From Gammaproteobacteria bacterium (GTDB lineage: Bacteria > Pseudomonadota > Gammaproteobacteria > JABABF01): a stretch of 64,000 bases of DNA. The DNA lies in contig OZ250153.1 in the NCBI GenBank assembly GCA_965237805.1, positions 896,001-960,000 of the forward strand, read 5' to 3'. This document shows positions 1-9,734 of this stretch, piece by piece; the first letter of the stretch is position 1, and the number at the start of each line of letters is the position of its first letter. The position numbers and the translations under genes were made by a program. Below the pieces are notes generated by a model. It worked only from the letters and a program-made list of their open reading frames with translations. It searched no databases and was not told where the DNA came from.

Positions 1-628
1 CCTCGTGAAACAGCGTGTAGCGCGACGGGGTGGTGGTGTGCACCGGGATCGGCACCCCTTCTTTCATCATCAGCAGGTGGAAGTAGGGCCAGCCACCCGA
101 GCTGCCATAGGGCGCGTTGAGGCGGGCGATGATCGTCGGCAACTCATAGACGCGGGCGGCGAAGCGGGCCACCGTCTCGGCTGTGATCTTGGCGATGCTG
201 TAAGTCGGCATCATGACGCGATGGTTGTCGCCGAGCGGGCTGTCCTCGCTGAACTCGGTGTGACCAGCAGCCTCGTAGACACCAGTGGTCGAACAATGTA
301 AGAATGCCTTGGCGCGCTGGCAATGGCGCATCAACAGGCCGACACCCTCGCCATTGGCCCGCAACGCAGTGTCGAAGTCCGGTGGTTTGGCAACCCCAAA
401 ATTTAACACATAGTCGAAGTCTTGTGGCAGCGAGGAAAAATCCCCGGCATCAAAATCGGAGGGCTCGCAGCGGATACCGCGCTCCTCCAGCTGCTGACGT
501 TTGTCAGCATCCTTAAAACGAGCCGTGGCCCAAACCTCATTGGCAGCTGCCAATGAGACGGTAACTGGGCCGGCAACTTGGCCGGTGGCACCGGTAATAA
601 GAACCTTCTGTCCAGCGAGTACTGGCAT
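1..628 (-). CDS. NAD-dependent epimerase/dehydratase (extended SDR), runs off the window start
   Basis: Hand translation from ATG at 628: MPVLAGQKVLITGATGQVAG (Rossmann motif), FLHCSTTGVY, YSIAK (YxxxK), ARLNAPYG. No stop before base 1, so it is absent from the ORF track. Confidence 0.85.
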   Translation of the reverse strand, partial: MPVLAGQKVLITGATGQVAGPVTVSLAAANEVWATARFKDADKRQQLEERGIRCEPSDFDAGDFSSLPQDFDYVLNFGVAKPPDFDTALRANGEGVGLLMRHCQRAKAFLHCSTTGVYEAAGHTEFSEDSPLGDNHRVMMPTYSIAKITAETVARFAARVYELPTIIARLNAPYGSSGGWPYFHLLMMKEGVPIPVHTTTPSRYTLFHE

Positions 629-810
629 GTGTTACCCCCTGCTGTGATCGGTGTGCGGCCAACCCCCGAGTACCAAGCGATCGGTGCGCAGAGAACCAAG
701 GGCAACACGTCTGGCAGCATGATACCACTAGCATGGGAGATGGCAATGACCATTGCCCCACGCCACGATTAGCGCTATAGTGAGAGGCTGGCAAACGACG
801 ATGAGAGGCG

Positions 811-1476
811 ATGACAGATATGTTGCGCATCAACGATCCGGCACCCGATTTCAGCGCCCAAACCACGCAGGGTGAGATCCGGTTTCACCAGTGGATTGGC
901 GACAGTTGGGCCATCCTGTTCTCACATCCCAAGGACTTCACGCCGGTGTGCACCACCGAGCTCGGTTATGTGGCGCACCTGGTACCAGAATTCACCCGCT
1001 GCAATTGCAAGGTCATCGGCCTCAGCGTCGACCCGCTGGACAACCACACAGCATGGGCCAATGACATCGAGGAAACCCAAGGTGCCAAAGTGAGCTTCCC
1101 GATCATCGCCGACACCGACATGGCTGTGGCCAAGGCCTACCACATGCTACCGGCCAGCGAGACAGGCGATTCCGAGGGACGCACGGCAGCCGACAATGCC
1201 ACCGTGCGCTCGGTGTTCATCATCGGTCCGGACAAGCGCATCAAGCTGATACTGGTCTACCCGATGACAACCGGGCGCAACTTCGACGAAATCCTGCGGG
1301 TGCTGAACTCCATGCAGCTGACGGCCAAGCACCAAGTCGCTACGCCAGCAAACTGGCAGGACGGCGACGATGTGATCATCGTGCCTTCGGTCAGCGACGA
1401 GGAGGCGACGGCCAAATATCCTGCTGGCTTCAAGACGATCAAGCCTTATCTACGCTTGGTCAAGCAACCGGACTAG
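811..1476 (+). CDS. 1-Cys peroxiredoxin (Prx6 family)
   Basis: FSHPKDFTPVCTTELG peroxidatic motif, GRNFDEILR, TPANW; GAGAGG RBS upstream. Confidence 0.95.
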   Translation: MTDMLRINDPAPDFSAQTTQGEIRFHQWIGDSWAILFSHPKDFTPVCTTELGYVAHLVPEFTRCNCKVIGLSVDPLDNHTAWANDIEETQGAKVSFPIIADTDMAVAKAYHMLPASETGDSEGRTAADNATVRSVFIIGPDKRIKLILVYPMTTGRNFDEILRVLNSMQLTAKHQVATPANWQDGDDVIIVPSVSDEEATAKYPAGFKTIKPYLRLVKQPD

Positions 1477-1515
1477 ACGCGCTTTCCGGGGCGGCTCTGC
1501 CGCGCCCCAGCCACG

Positions 1516-2514
1516 CTACTCGGCGGCAGCCAGCAAGGGCGTGATGACCTGCTTCACATAGAGCCGCAGGCACTCCCAGCCCTGCTCCAAGGGCATGCCG
1601 CCGACCAACGGGTGCAGACAAAACAACTGGCGCGGGCGCTCGCGGTGGCGTTGCAGGCAGGCTTGCGGCGACAAGATCTCGTAGTGCCCCTCCGCACGCA
1701 CCGCCGCGATGGAATCGGCGCTCATCGCCAGTGGTCGTCGGGTGTTCGCGGCGGCACCCCAGCTGCTGTACTCCGTCACCTCATGCAACAAATACTGGCC
1801 GAGCTCGTCCCAAGCGCGCTCGGGATCCTCGTGCACAAAGAGGAAGGAAACATCACCGGACGGCGCGTAGACAAAGCCCTCTTGGCCGTGCTCGCTCAGC
1901 TGCTCGTAGTAGTAGCTATCCAGCTCCGGTAGGATTTTCGGTGGCGCGAAGGGCAGGCCGAAACGGGCGGCACGACGGGCGGCAGGTCTGCTCATGCCAG
2001 CCACCATGAACAGCGGGTGCGGTCGGGTGTAGGGCTTGGGCGTCACATTGATGGTCTGGCCCTTGTAGTCGAAGGGCGCATCGCCCCAAGCGGCGAGCAA
2101 GGTCTCCAACACATGGTCCATCCACGCGCCGCGGCCGACAAAGGGCTTGTTGGCGATATGGTATTCCAGCTCTCGGTAGCCCATGCCAGCGATGACCGCC
2201 AAGCGCCCCCGGCTGAGCAGATCCACCACGGCAATGTCCTCGGCGACCCGCACTGGGTCGTAGAGCGGTGCCAGCAGTGCCATGATGCTGATGCGAATGC
2301 GCTCGGTGCGCACCGCAATGGCGGCGGCCATTGTCAACGGCGAGGGTAGCCAGCCGCTCGCCGTCACATGGTGCTCCTCCAGATTGATGCTGGGGATGCC
2401 ATGCCGGTCGGCGTAGACCGCCATCTCGACAGCGGCCCGGTAACGCTCTGAGCGCAGCTCGGGATCGCTCACCGCCCCGGTCATATTGATGCGCAAATTG
2501 CATTGCACGGCCAT
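1516..2514 (-). CDS. LLM-class flavin-dependent oxidoreductase (paralog 2)
   Basis: EEHH, LPSPLTMAAAIAVRT, DPVRVAEDIAVVDLLSRGR luciferase-like motifs. Start placed at MAVQCN by comparison with the neighbouring paralog. Confidence 0.9.
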   Translation of the reverse strand: MAVQCNLRINMTGAVSDPELRSERYRAAVEMAVYADRHGIPSINLEEHHVTASGWLPSPLTMAAAIAVRTERIRISIMALLAPLYDPVRVAEDIAVVDLLSRGRLAVIAGMGYRELEYHIANKPFVGRGAWMDHVLETLLAAWGDAPFDYKGQTINVTPKPYTRPHPLFMVAGMSRPAARRAARFGLPFAPPKILPELDSYYYEQLSEHGQEGFVYAPSGDVSFLFVHEDPERAWDELGQYLLHEVTEYSSWGAAANTRRPLAMSADSIAAVRAEGHYEILSPQACLQRHRERPRQLFCLHPLVGGMPLEQGWECLRLYVKQVITPLLAAAE

Positions 2515-2527
2515 GGTGGCAGCCACC

Positions 2528-3529
2528 TCAGACCCCGCGCTCGGCCAGCAAGGGCTGCAACACCTGCTCGGTGTAGAGCCGCAGGCACTGCCAGCCACGC
2601 TCTAAGGGCATGCCACCAACCAGCGGATGGAGGGCGACGAAGAGCTCGGGGCGCTCGCGGTGACGCCGCAGGCACTCCTGCGGTGTGAGGATCTCGTAGC
2701 GCTTCTCCTCGCGCAAGGCCTCGACGGTATCGCCGCCGAGCGACAGCGGACGCTGGACGCCTGCCCGCGCCCAGCTGCTGTACTCCACCACCTCGTTCAT
2801 GAAGTGGTGGCCGAGTTCGGCCCATGCGCGATCTGGATCCTCGTCGACGAACCACACCGAGAAATCCTCGGGCGGCGAGAACACGAAGCCGCCCTCTTGA
2901 CCGTGCGCCGCCAGCTGCTCGTAGTAATAGGCCTCCAGCTCCGGCATGGCGACTGGCGGCGCGAAAGGCAGGCCGAGGCGGGCGGCACGGCGGGCGGCAG
3001 GCTTGCTCATCCCCCCCACCAAGAACATCGGATGCGGTCGGGTATAAGGCTTTGGCGTCACGTCAATAGTCTGCCCCTTGTAATCGAAAGGCGCATCCCC
3101 CCACGCTGCGAGCAGCGTCTCCAACACATGATCCATCCATGCCCCGCGCTCGGCGAAAGGCTTGTTGGCGATGTGATACTCCACTTCGCGATAACCCATG
3201 CCAGCGATGAAACTCAGCCGCCCCCGGCTGAGCAAATCTACCACAGCGATATCTTCAGCCAATCGCACCGGATCATAGAGCGAGACCAACAATGCCATGA
3301 TGTTGATATTGGTGCGCTCGGTGCGCACCGCGACGGCGGCGGCCATCGTCAGCGGCGATGGCAACCAACCGTTGGTCGCCACGTGGTGTTCTTCTAGATT
3401 GACGCTGGCAAAGCCGTTCTGGTCGGCGTAGGCTGCCATCTCCATGGCGCTCTGGTAGCGCTGCGCACGTGCCTCTGGATCGCGCTCGGAACCCGTCATA
3501 TTGAGGCGTAAATTGCTGTTGACCGGCAT
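2528..3529 (-). CDS. LLM-class flavin-dependent oxidoreductase (paralog 1)
   Basis: Same motifs (EEHH, AEDIAVVDLLSRGR, AARRAAR); start placed at MPVNSN. Confidence 0.9.
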   Translation of the reverse strand: MPVNSNLRLNMTGSERDPEARAQRYQSAMEMAAYADQNGFASVNLEEHHVATNGWLPSPLTMAAAVAVRTERTNINIMALLVSLYDPVRLAEDIAVVDLLSRGRLSFIAGMGYREVEYHIANKPFAERGAWMDHVLETLLAAWGDAPFDYKGQTIDVTPKPYTRPHPMFLVGGMSKPAARRAARLGLPFAPPVAMPELEAYYYEQLAAHGQEGGFVFSPPEDFSVWFVDEDPDRAWAELGHHFMNEVVEYSSWARAGVQRPLSLGGDTVEALREEKRYEILTPQECLRRHRERPELFVALHPLVGGMPLERGWQCLRLYTEQVLQPLLAERGV

Positions 3530-3619
3530 GCCGCCACTCCGTGCATCGCTTGGGAAAACCATATTTATGGTACAGTGTGCGACCCTAGTCTTGGCACTCT
3601 GCTGTGAGGTGGTGCCTCA

Positions 3620-4144
3620 ATGTCGGCGATAATCTGTGCACGCGATTTCGCCAAGGCGAACCCTGCCTTGTTCGGTGTGGCCTCGGCAGCAATCGGGCTG
3701 TTAACTGGCTTAGCTCTCAGCTACTACTTCCCGCTACAACCTACTTTTATTGCACCTGCCGATGTCGTGCCACCGCCCGCGCCGCTGACGCGGGAGGAGC
3801 ACATCGCCAGCGCACACTATCAAGTGGTCTTCCGTCGCGACCTCCCCGGCTCAGACGACACCCACTGGGGAGAGGGTCAGCTGTACATCAGCGCCGACCG
3901 ACTGGTCTTGGATGGGAATCTCTCATGGGGACCAGATATGCGGATCTATCTATCCCCCCGCTATGTTGTGGATGAAGCACAGTTTCGCCGCATCAAGGCG
4001 CAGGCGGTGCAGGTCTCCCTCGTCAAACACTTTGTAGACTTCTCCTATCCCCTGCCACAGGGCATTGATGTTGGTGACTACGCTGCAGTCGTGGTCTGGT
4101 GCGAGCGTGTCAGTCGCTTCATCACTGCCGGGCGAATTTACTAA
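3620..4144 (+). CDS. DM13 domain-containing membrane-anchored protein
   Basis: N-terminal TM helix; GPDMRIYLS and YPLPQGIDVGDYAAVVVWCE match the DM13 pattern (GPD-x-x-x-YL; VxxWC). Confidence 0.8.
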   Translation: MSAIICARDFAKANPALFGVASAAIGLLTGLALSYYFPLQPTFIAPADVVPPPAPLTREEHIASAHYQVVFRRDLPGSDDTHWGEGQLYISADRLVLDGNLSWGPDMRIYLSPRYVVDEAQFRRIKAQAVQVSLVKHFVDFSYPLPQGIDVGDYAAVVVWCERVSRFITAGRIY

Positions 4145-4255
4145 GCTACAACTGGCGCGACTCGACACGAAGCCAAGCAATAGGGGCAGGTGGGCAAGTG
4201 CATGCTCCCGCCGAATAGAAGACCATTGAGATGGCAAAAACGCCAGGAAAATACT

Positions 4256-4828
4256 GTGGACCATGTGATTGATCCCCGCAAGAATTGGGCGCTGGCCGAG
4301 CGACAACTCGCCGATGAGCGCGACCCGCGCCGCCGCCAAATCTTGGAGACGGTGATCGCACACTCCAAAGCCGAAGCCAAAGCCGACTTCGAGGCGCTGA
4401 TGACCACGGTGTCGCCGTGCGCGCACTATCACAGCTACGCCGTCTACGGCGACACCGAGGCCACCGCTGCCAATAGCCCGCAAGGCAAAGACGGCGTCGC
4501 CGCCTACTATCAAGGCATCGTCAGCTCTGGCTGCAACCACATCGAACACGCCGTGGAACGCATGGCTGTCGGGCGCGACAGCCTGACCACTGAGGGCGAG
4601 ATGAAGATGGCATACCCGGGCAGTGTGCTCGACATGATGGGCATCAAAGTGCCAGCTCTCGGGGCTCTCTACCTCTACGAGCAACGCTTGCTGATCGTCT
4701 GGGATTTCGATGAGGACGGCCTCGTGATCTGCGAGGACAGCTATTCCGGCGGCGGTCGCGGCTTCGACGACATCGCTGAACACCCGCTATCGCCAAATCA
4801 GATCTACCAAGTGGCGGCAGGTGCCTAG
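4256..4828 (+). CDS. NTF2-like/SnoaL-like fold protein
   Basis: HSKAE-x-x-x-DFEALMTT, GKDGVAAYY, VWDFDEDGLVICEDSY are typical of SnoaL-like proteins; GTG start after AGGAAA. Confidence 0.65.
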   Translation: MDHVIDPRKNWALAERQLADERDPRRRQILETVIAHSKAEAKADFEALMTTVSPCAHYHSYAVYGDTEATAANSPQGKDGVAAYYQGIVSSGCNHIEHAVERMAVGRDSLTTEGEMKMAYPGSVLDMMGIKVPALGALYLYEQRLLIVWDFDEDGLVICEDSYSGGGRGFDDIAEHPLSPNQIYQVAAGA

Positions 4829-4862
4829 CAGGAGATGCGGCCATGCTGTCAGCCCACACCAC

Positions 4863-4891
4863 TTGCCAACAAGCGACAGCTGTGCTATTTT
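4863..4891 (+). promoter_or_regulatory. Putative sigma70 promoter with extended -10
   Basis: TTGCCA-N17-TATTTT with TG upstream of the -10 (TGTGCTATTTT); same architecture at 5988 and 7578. Confidence 0.45.
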
Positions 4892-4971
4892 CACAGACTA
4901 TCAACCTGAGGAGCGGTAATAGGCCGTCTTAAACAATTGATCACGATCTCTACCAGAGTGGCTACAACATC

Positions 4972-5808
4972 ATGGCGCTAATCGATGGCATCGCCATGGA
5001 GCTGCGGGCAGCCGCCCGCGATGCAAAAATGGCTCGCGGGCTGATCTACGCCATGGTGCTGGATGCAGACGAAGGCATGCGTACGCGCCAACTGCAAGGC
5101 ATTGAAGAAGAAGCGGACGTCGGTATCGCCGAGTCAGTGCGCCAGCTGTACCCCCTGCTGGCAAACATCAACCCCCTGCAACGCATCGTCTTGGTTGAAG
5201 AAGCCCTGAGTGCGCTGAAAAAACTGCCGATGCCAGCACATCAACGCTTTTCAGAATATTTGGTAGCGCTGAGCGAATCTGATCTGCAGATCACACTGTT
5301 CGAGTGGGTGTTGCATCAAATCGTGCTACAGGGGCTGACACCACGTGCTGACAGTTCCCCAAACCGAACGCTCGCCACGGCCACTAAAAGCATTGTCACA
5401 CTGTTGTCGACGCTGGCCAACCATGGTGGCGACATGCCCCCGACGGGGCCAGGAAATGGTGCTGGAATGCGGTCAAAGACGGCGATGGATAAAATGCAGA
5501 CGACGTTGGCGCGACAGGCTTTTGCGCAGGGGTGCCAAGCACTTGACATCCAAGAGGAGCTGGATGATAGTCCGGATCCCGACTACCTGCGCCTGAGCCA
5601 TGCCATACGAGATCTTCGCGAATTGCCTCAAGAGCTGCAAGAAAAGGTGCTAGATGCCTGCGCCACTATCGCGCTCGCCGACGCGCAGCTGGCCGGTGAC
5701 GAAGTCGCCCTGCTGTACGCTTTCGCCACCGCCCTCAATTGCCCCTTGCCGAACTCGATCGCTCAGGCCGTCAAGGCACTGGACAACACCGCAGGCGCTC
5801 CCGCCTGA
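4972..5808 (+). CDS. Stand-alone C-terminal (TerB-like helical) region of a long M48-family peptidase; lacks the zinc-peptidase domain
   Basis: ARGLIYAMVL...RTRQL...SDLQITLFEWVL...ALADAQL...EVALL...ALNCPLP resembles the C-terminus of LemA-associated M48 proteins. No HExxH; in-frame TAA at 4930-4932 prevents upstream extension. Confidence 0.6.
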   Translation: MALIDGIAMELRAAARDAKMARGLIYAMVLDADEGMRTRQLQGIEEEADVGIAESVRQLYPLLANINPLQRIVLVEEALSALKKLPMPAHQRFSEYLVALSESDLQITLFEWVLHQIVLQGLTPRADSSPNRTLATATKSIVTLLSTLANHGGDMPPTGPGNGAGMRSKTAMDKMQTTLARQAFAQGCQALDIQEELDDSPDPDYLRLSHAIRDLRELPQELQEKVLDACATIALADAQLAGDEVALLYAFATALNCPLPNSIAQAVKALDNTAGAPA

Positions 5809-5943
5809 GGGACGGCGGGCGACTGATGGCGGCCCCTTAGCGGCCAGCCAGTAGCTCGAGCCGCAAAACCAGCCACAGTGCCGCCAGCTGCCACCCGTGC
5901 CGGCTGGTGCAGGGTCGGGCTGTGGCGTGCGATATAGGCATCC

Positions 5944-6080
5944 GAATAGCGCGGCATGGCGGGCGATAACGGTGTCTGCGGGAGCGCTTGCCCAAGCACG
6001 GCATTTGTGCTATGTTGCCGCTGGGTTGCGGCGCGAGCTGCACAGTGCGTGGAGGTAGCAATGAGCATCAGTGTGGCCGT
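5944..6080 (+). repeat. Diverged direct-repeat copy A of the promoter, RBS and first 7 codons of the acetaldehyde dehydrogenase gene
   Basis: gaatagcgcggcat...cgcttgcccaagcacgg...tgtgctatgtt...tgcggcgcgagc...gtgcgtggaggtagcaATGAGCATCAGTGTGGCCGT aligns with 7527-7671. Confidence 0.85.
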
Positions 6081-6082
6081 CA

Positions 6083-6352
6083 GGCGCGATTCTCTGGGTG
6101 ATCGCCAGCTGCAACAAGCTGGTTTTGTTGATCAATCACATCACAAATGGCTTTGGCCAGATCGAAGTACAGTCCAAGCGGCGCTACGATCTCATCCCCA
6201 ATCTGGTGGAGACGGCCAAGGGCGACTTGTCCCACGAACAGGAGACTCTGGAAAATGTCATCTAGGCACGCAATCAGGCTTCGGCAGGCTTGGCGGCGGC
6301 GGCAAAAAACCCAACGGATTCCGGTGCCATCAAGGGTTTGGCCAGCGCTGAG
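6083..6352 (+). pseudogene. lemA: LemA family fragment
   Basis: NKLV...NGFGQIEVQSKRRYDLIPNLVETAKG...HEQETLENVI*ARNQA carries the LemA signature RRYDLIPNLV. In-frame TAG at 6263-6265; both ends missing. Confidence 0.85.
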
Positions 6353-6461
6353 TGGATGCAGGCGGCACCCGAGATCTCCTTTTCCTAAGCGTCCATTGAA
6401 ATGGCTAACGGGGATGCCGCCACCGTGCTGTCGACACACCGTGCACATGGGGCTAAAAACA

Positions 6462-7502
6462 ATGACTTTGCTCAAGCATAAAAGTTGTAACAACATAATC
6501 CAGCTTGGGTTGGTGTCGCTCGTTGTGTTGTTGAGTTCCTGTGCTGACTATGCGACGGTGTATACGAAATCGCCGAGTACAGCGGAGCCACATGCGGCCA
6601 TTTGGCCCGCCAAGACCTACTATCGAAACGTCGATGTTCGGGGACACAATATCTTCTATCGAGAGGCTGGCGACCCAGCGCATCCGACCGTACTCTTACT
6701 GCATGGTTATCCGTCTTCGTCGCACACTTATCGCGAGCTCATCCCACTCCTTTCCGGGCACTACCATGTGATCGCTCCCGACTATCTGGGCTCTGGCTTT
6801 AGCGATCATCCCACCGATGTGAGCTATAGTTTCGATCTGCTCGCGGAATACCTAGCTGCGTTTATCGCCGAGCTCGGCCTGAAAAATTACTTTCTCTATA
6901 TGCAGGACTTCGGGGCGCCGGTGGGCTTTCGCGTCGCCATGGCCAATCCCGACCGTCTGTGTGGATTAATCGTGCAAAACGCCAACGCATACCTCGATGG
7001 ACTCACACCCGCACGCCAAGCATTTTTTCGCCGTGCCAATAGAGATCGCTCCCCCGCACACGTCGCCAAACTGAGCGGGTTTGTCAGCGATGAAGCCGTC
7101 AAATTGAAGCAATACCTGCGCGATGTGCCGGGGGATAAATCGACCCGCATGAGCCCCGATGCCTGGATCCACGATATCGCTTTAATGCCACAGCCTGCAG
7201 ACCGGATGATCCAGGTGCAATTATTGCAGGACTATCAGACCAATATCGACGCGTACCCGAGCTGGCAAGCCTTTCTGCGCGAGCAACAGCCCCCCACACT
7301 CATCGTCTGGGGGCGACACGATCCCGCATTTATTCACGCCGGTGCCAGTGCCTACCTGAGAGATGTCCCGAATGCGGAGCTCCACCTGCTCGATGCGGGT
7401 CACTTTGCCGTCGAAGAGCAAAGCGCCACCATCGCACAATACATGGTTCATTTCATCGAGCGCACTGCGGGGTCAGGGCGACGCTGCTCCGATGACAGCT
7501 AG
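6462..7502 (+). CDS. Alpha/beta fold hydrolase (epoxide hydrolase/dehalogenase-like), probable lipoprotein
   Basis: LLLHGYPSSS, YMQDFGAPVG (Asp nucleophile), WGRHD, AGHFA; hydrophobic leader ending in LSSC lipobox. Confidence 0.88.
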   Translation: MTLLKHKSCNNIIQLGLVSLVVLLSSCADYATVYTKSPSTAEPHAAIWPAKTYYRNVDVRGHNIFYREAGDPAHPTVLLLHGYPSSSHTYRELIPLLSGHYHVIAPDYLGSGFSDHPTDVSYSFDLLAEYLAAFIAELGLKNYFLYMQDFGAPVGFRVAMANPDRLCGLIVQNANAYLDGLTPARQAFFRRANRDRSPAHVAKLSGFVSDEAVKLKQYLRDVPGDKSTRMSPDAWIHDIALMPQPADRMIQVQLLQDYQTNIDAYPSWQAFLREQQPPTLIVWGRHDPAFIHAGASAYLRDVPNAELHLLDAGHFAVEEQSATIAQYMVHFIERTAGSGRRCSDDS

Positions 7503-7526
7503 CGTGATGGGTGCCACTCAGCTCCT

Positions 7527-7671
7527 GAACAGCGCGGCATAACAGCCGAAACGGCATCTTCGGGAGGCCTCTCTCGCTTGCCCAAACACGGTGTCTGTGC
7601 TATGTTTCTCTATGAATTGCGGCGCGAGCCGCGCCGTGCGTGGAGATAGCAATGAGCGTCAGTGTGGCCGT
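7527..7671 (+). repeat. Direct-repeat copy B (native promoter and 5' end of the acetaldehyde dehydrogenase gene)
   Basis: Aligns with 5944-6080. Confidence 0.85.
7578..7606 (+). promoter_or_regulatory. Putative sigma70 promoter of the mhpF-dmpG operon
   Basis: TTGCCC-N17-TATGTT with extended -10 TG; both boxes and the spacing are conserved in the diverged copy at 5988-6016. Confidence 0.55.
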
Positions 7672-8596
7672 AATCGGCTCCGGCAATATCGGCACCGATC
7701 TGATGATCAAGATTCTGCACGGCACCGGGCCGCTGGAGATGGGATGCCTGGTCGGCATCGACCCCGACTCAGACGGCCTCGCCCGCGCTCGCAAACTGGG
7801 GGTTGCCACCACCCATGAGGGTGTCGAGGGGCTGCTCAAAATGCCCGGCTTCCAAGACATTCGCATCGTCTTCGATGCCACCTCTGCCAGCGCGCACCGC
7901 CACAACTGGGAGGTCTTGCGCAAGCACGGCAAGCAGATGATCGATCTGACACCAGCGGCCATCGGCCCCTACGCCGTGCCGGTGGTCAATCTGGAAGAAC
8001 ACCTCGATAAAGACAACGTCAATCTGGTCACCTGCGGCGGCCAAGCGACCATCCCGATGGTGGCGGCGGTGAACCGCATCGCCCCGGTGCGCTACGCTGA
8101 GATCGTGTCCTCGGTGTCGTCGCGTTCAGCCGGGCCGGGCACGCGCGCCAACATCGATGAATTCACCCAGACCACGGCGCGTGGCATCGAGCAGGTGGGC
8201 GGTGCCGAACGCGGCAAGGCCATCATCATCTTGAACCCGGCCGAGCCGCCCTTGCTGATGCGCAATACCGTGTTCACGCTGAGCGACGAAGCCGACGAGG
8301 ATGCCTTGCGTGAGTCCATCGACACGATGGTCGCCGCCGTGCAGAGCTATGTGCCGGGCTACCGCCTGAAACAACACGTACAGTTCGAGCACCACGGTAC
8401 TGACAGCCCACTGCACATCCCCGGACACGGCGATGTCAGCGGCGTGCGCAGCTCGATCTTTCTCGAAGTCGAGGGTGCGGGGCACTACCTGCCCGCCTAC
8501 GCTGGCAACTTGGACATCATGACCTCAGCGGCGCTGGGCACTGGCGAGCGGCTGGCGCAACTGAAGTTCGGTGCCGACTTAGATCAGGCGGCCTGA
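7652..8596 (+). CDS. mhpF: Acetaldehyde dehydrogenase (acylating), DmpF/MhpF/HsaG family
   Basis: [44 protein letters not shown]. Confidence 0.95.
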   Translation: MSVSVAVIGSGNIGTDLMIKILHGTGPLEMGCLVGIDPDSDGLARARKLGVATTHEGVEGLLKMPGFQDIRIVFDATSASAHRHNWEVLRKHGKQMIDLTPAAIGPYAVPVVNLEEHLDKDNVNLVTCGGQATIPMVAAVNRIAPVRYAEIVSSVSSRSAGPGTRANIDEFTQTTARGIEQVGGAERGKAIIILNPAEPPLLMRNTVFTLSDEADEDALRESIDTMVAAVQSYVPGYRLKQHVQFEHHGTDSPLHIPGHGDVSGVRSSIFLEVEGAGHYLPAYAGNLDIMTSAALGTGERLAQLKFGADLDQAA

Positions 8597-8633
8597 GAGG
8601 CAGCAGAGTACAGGCAATGACGGGGATAGAGCA

Positions 8634-9734
8634 ATGAGCGAAATCAAGCGGGCCAAGGCCATCACCGAGGACGGTGCCAAGCTGTTCATTCAGGATGTGA
8701 CGTTGCGCGACGGCATGCATGCCATCCGCCATATGTATGGCATCGAGCATGTGCAGAAGATCGCACGGGCACTCGACGCGGCGCGGGTGGATGCGCTGGA
8801 AGTGGCGCACGGCGACGGCTTGGCTGGCTCCAGCTTCAACTACGGCTTCGGCGCACACACCGACAAAGAGTGGATCGCGGCGGTGGCCGATGTGCTGGAG
8901 CACGCACGGCTGACGACGCTGATCCTGCCCGGTATCGCCGTCAAGGGAGACTTGAAATGGGCGTGGGACTTGGGGGTGCGTTCGGTGCGCGTGGCGACGC
9001 ACTGCACCGAGGCCGATGTCTCGCGCCAGCACATCGAATACGCCCGCGAGCTGGGCATGGACACTGTCGGCTTTCTGATGATGTCGCATATGAGCGGGCC
9101 CGAGGCGCTGGCCGAACAAGCCGCTCTGATGGAGAGCTACGGGGCGCAGTGCGTCTATGTCGTAGACAGCGGCGGGGCGCTGAACATGGACGACACCGAG
9201 GCGCGCTTCCGCGCTTTCGACGCCGCGCTCAAGCCCGAGACCGAACGCGGCATCCACGCGCACCACAACTTGGCCTTGGGCGTGGCCAATTCAGTGGTGG
9301 CGGTGCAAAACGGTGCCAACCGGGTGGACGCCTCGCTGGCCGGCATGGGTGCCGGTGCTGGCAATGCGCCACTGGAGGTATTCATCGCAGCAGTGGAGCG
9401 CATGGGCTGGAACCACGGCTGCGAATTGTATCCACTGATGGATGCCGCCGACGACTTGGTGCGACCACTGCAAGATCGCCCGGTGCGGGTGGACCGCGAG
9501 ACGCTGTCCTTGGGCTACGCCGGGGTCTATTCCAGCTTCCTGCGTCACGCCGAGCGGGCGGCGGAGCGCTACGAGTTGGAGACGCGGGACATCCTCGTCG
9601 AGCTGGGACGCCGCCGTATGGTCGGCGGACAGGAAGACATGATCGTCGATGTGGCGCTGGACATGGTGAAAGCGCGGGAAGGTGCTGGCGAGGCGGCGGC
9701 GGACAGCGAGGGCCAGCGCAAGGCGGCGGGGTGA
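8634..9734 (+). CDS. dmpG: 4-hydroxy-2-oxovalerate aldolase
   Basis: [50 protein letters not shown]. Confidence 0.96.
   Translation: MSEIKRAKAITEDGAKLFIQDVTLRDGMHAIRHMYGIEHVQKIARALDAARVDALEVAHGDGLAGSSFNYGFGAHTDKEWIAAVADVLEHARLTTLILPGIAVKGDLKWAWDLGVRSVRVATHCTEADVSRQHIEYARELGMDTVGFLMMSHMSGPEALAEQAALMESYGAQCVYVVDSGGALNMDDTEARFRAFDAALKPETERGIHAHHNLALGVANSVVAVQNGANRVDASLAGMGAGAGNAPLEVFIAAVERMGWNHGCELYPLMDAADDLVRPLQDRPVRVDRETLSLGYAGVYSSFLRHAERAAERYELETRDILVELGRRRMVGGQEDMIVDVALDMVKAREGAGEAAADSEGQRKAAG

Noticed and set aside
5-866. Short ORFs listed at the window start
   Set aside because: They are antisense or off-frame shadows of the minus-strand epimerase (1-628) and the peroxiredoxin.
6147-6461. 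N-terminal extension of the 451-aa hydrolase ORF
   Set aside because: Off-frame read-through of the lemA relic; the signal peptide/lipobox fits a start near 6462.
8870-9733. 804-aa ORF suggesting a long N-terminal extension or fusion on the DGQHR protein
   Set aside because: The first 288 codons are an Arg/Gly-rich shadow frame of dmpG; the real gene starts at ATG 9734, where composition changes.
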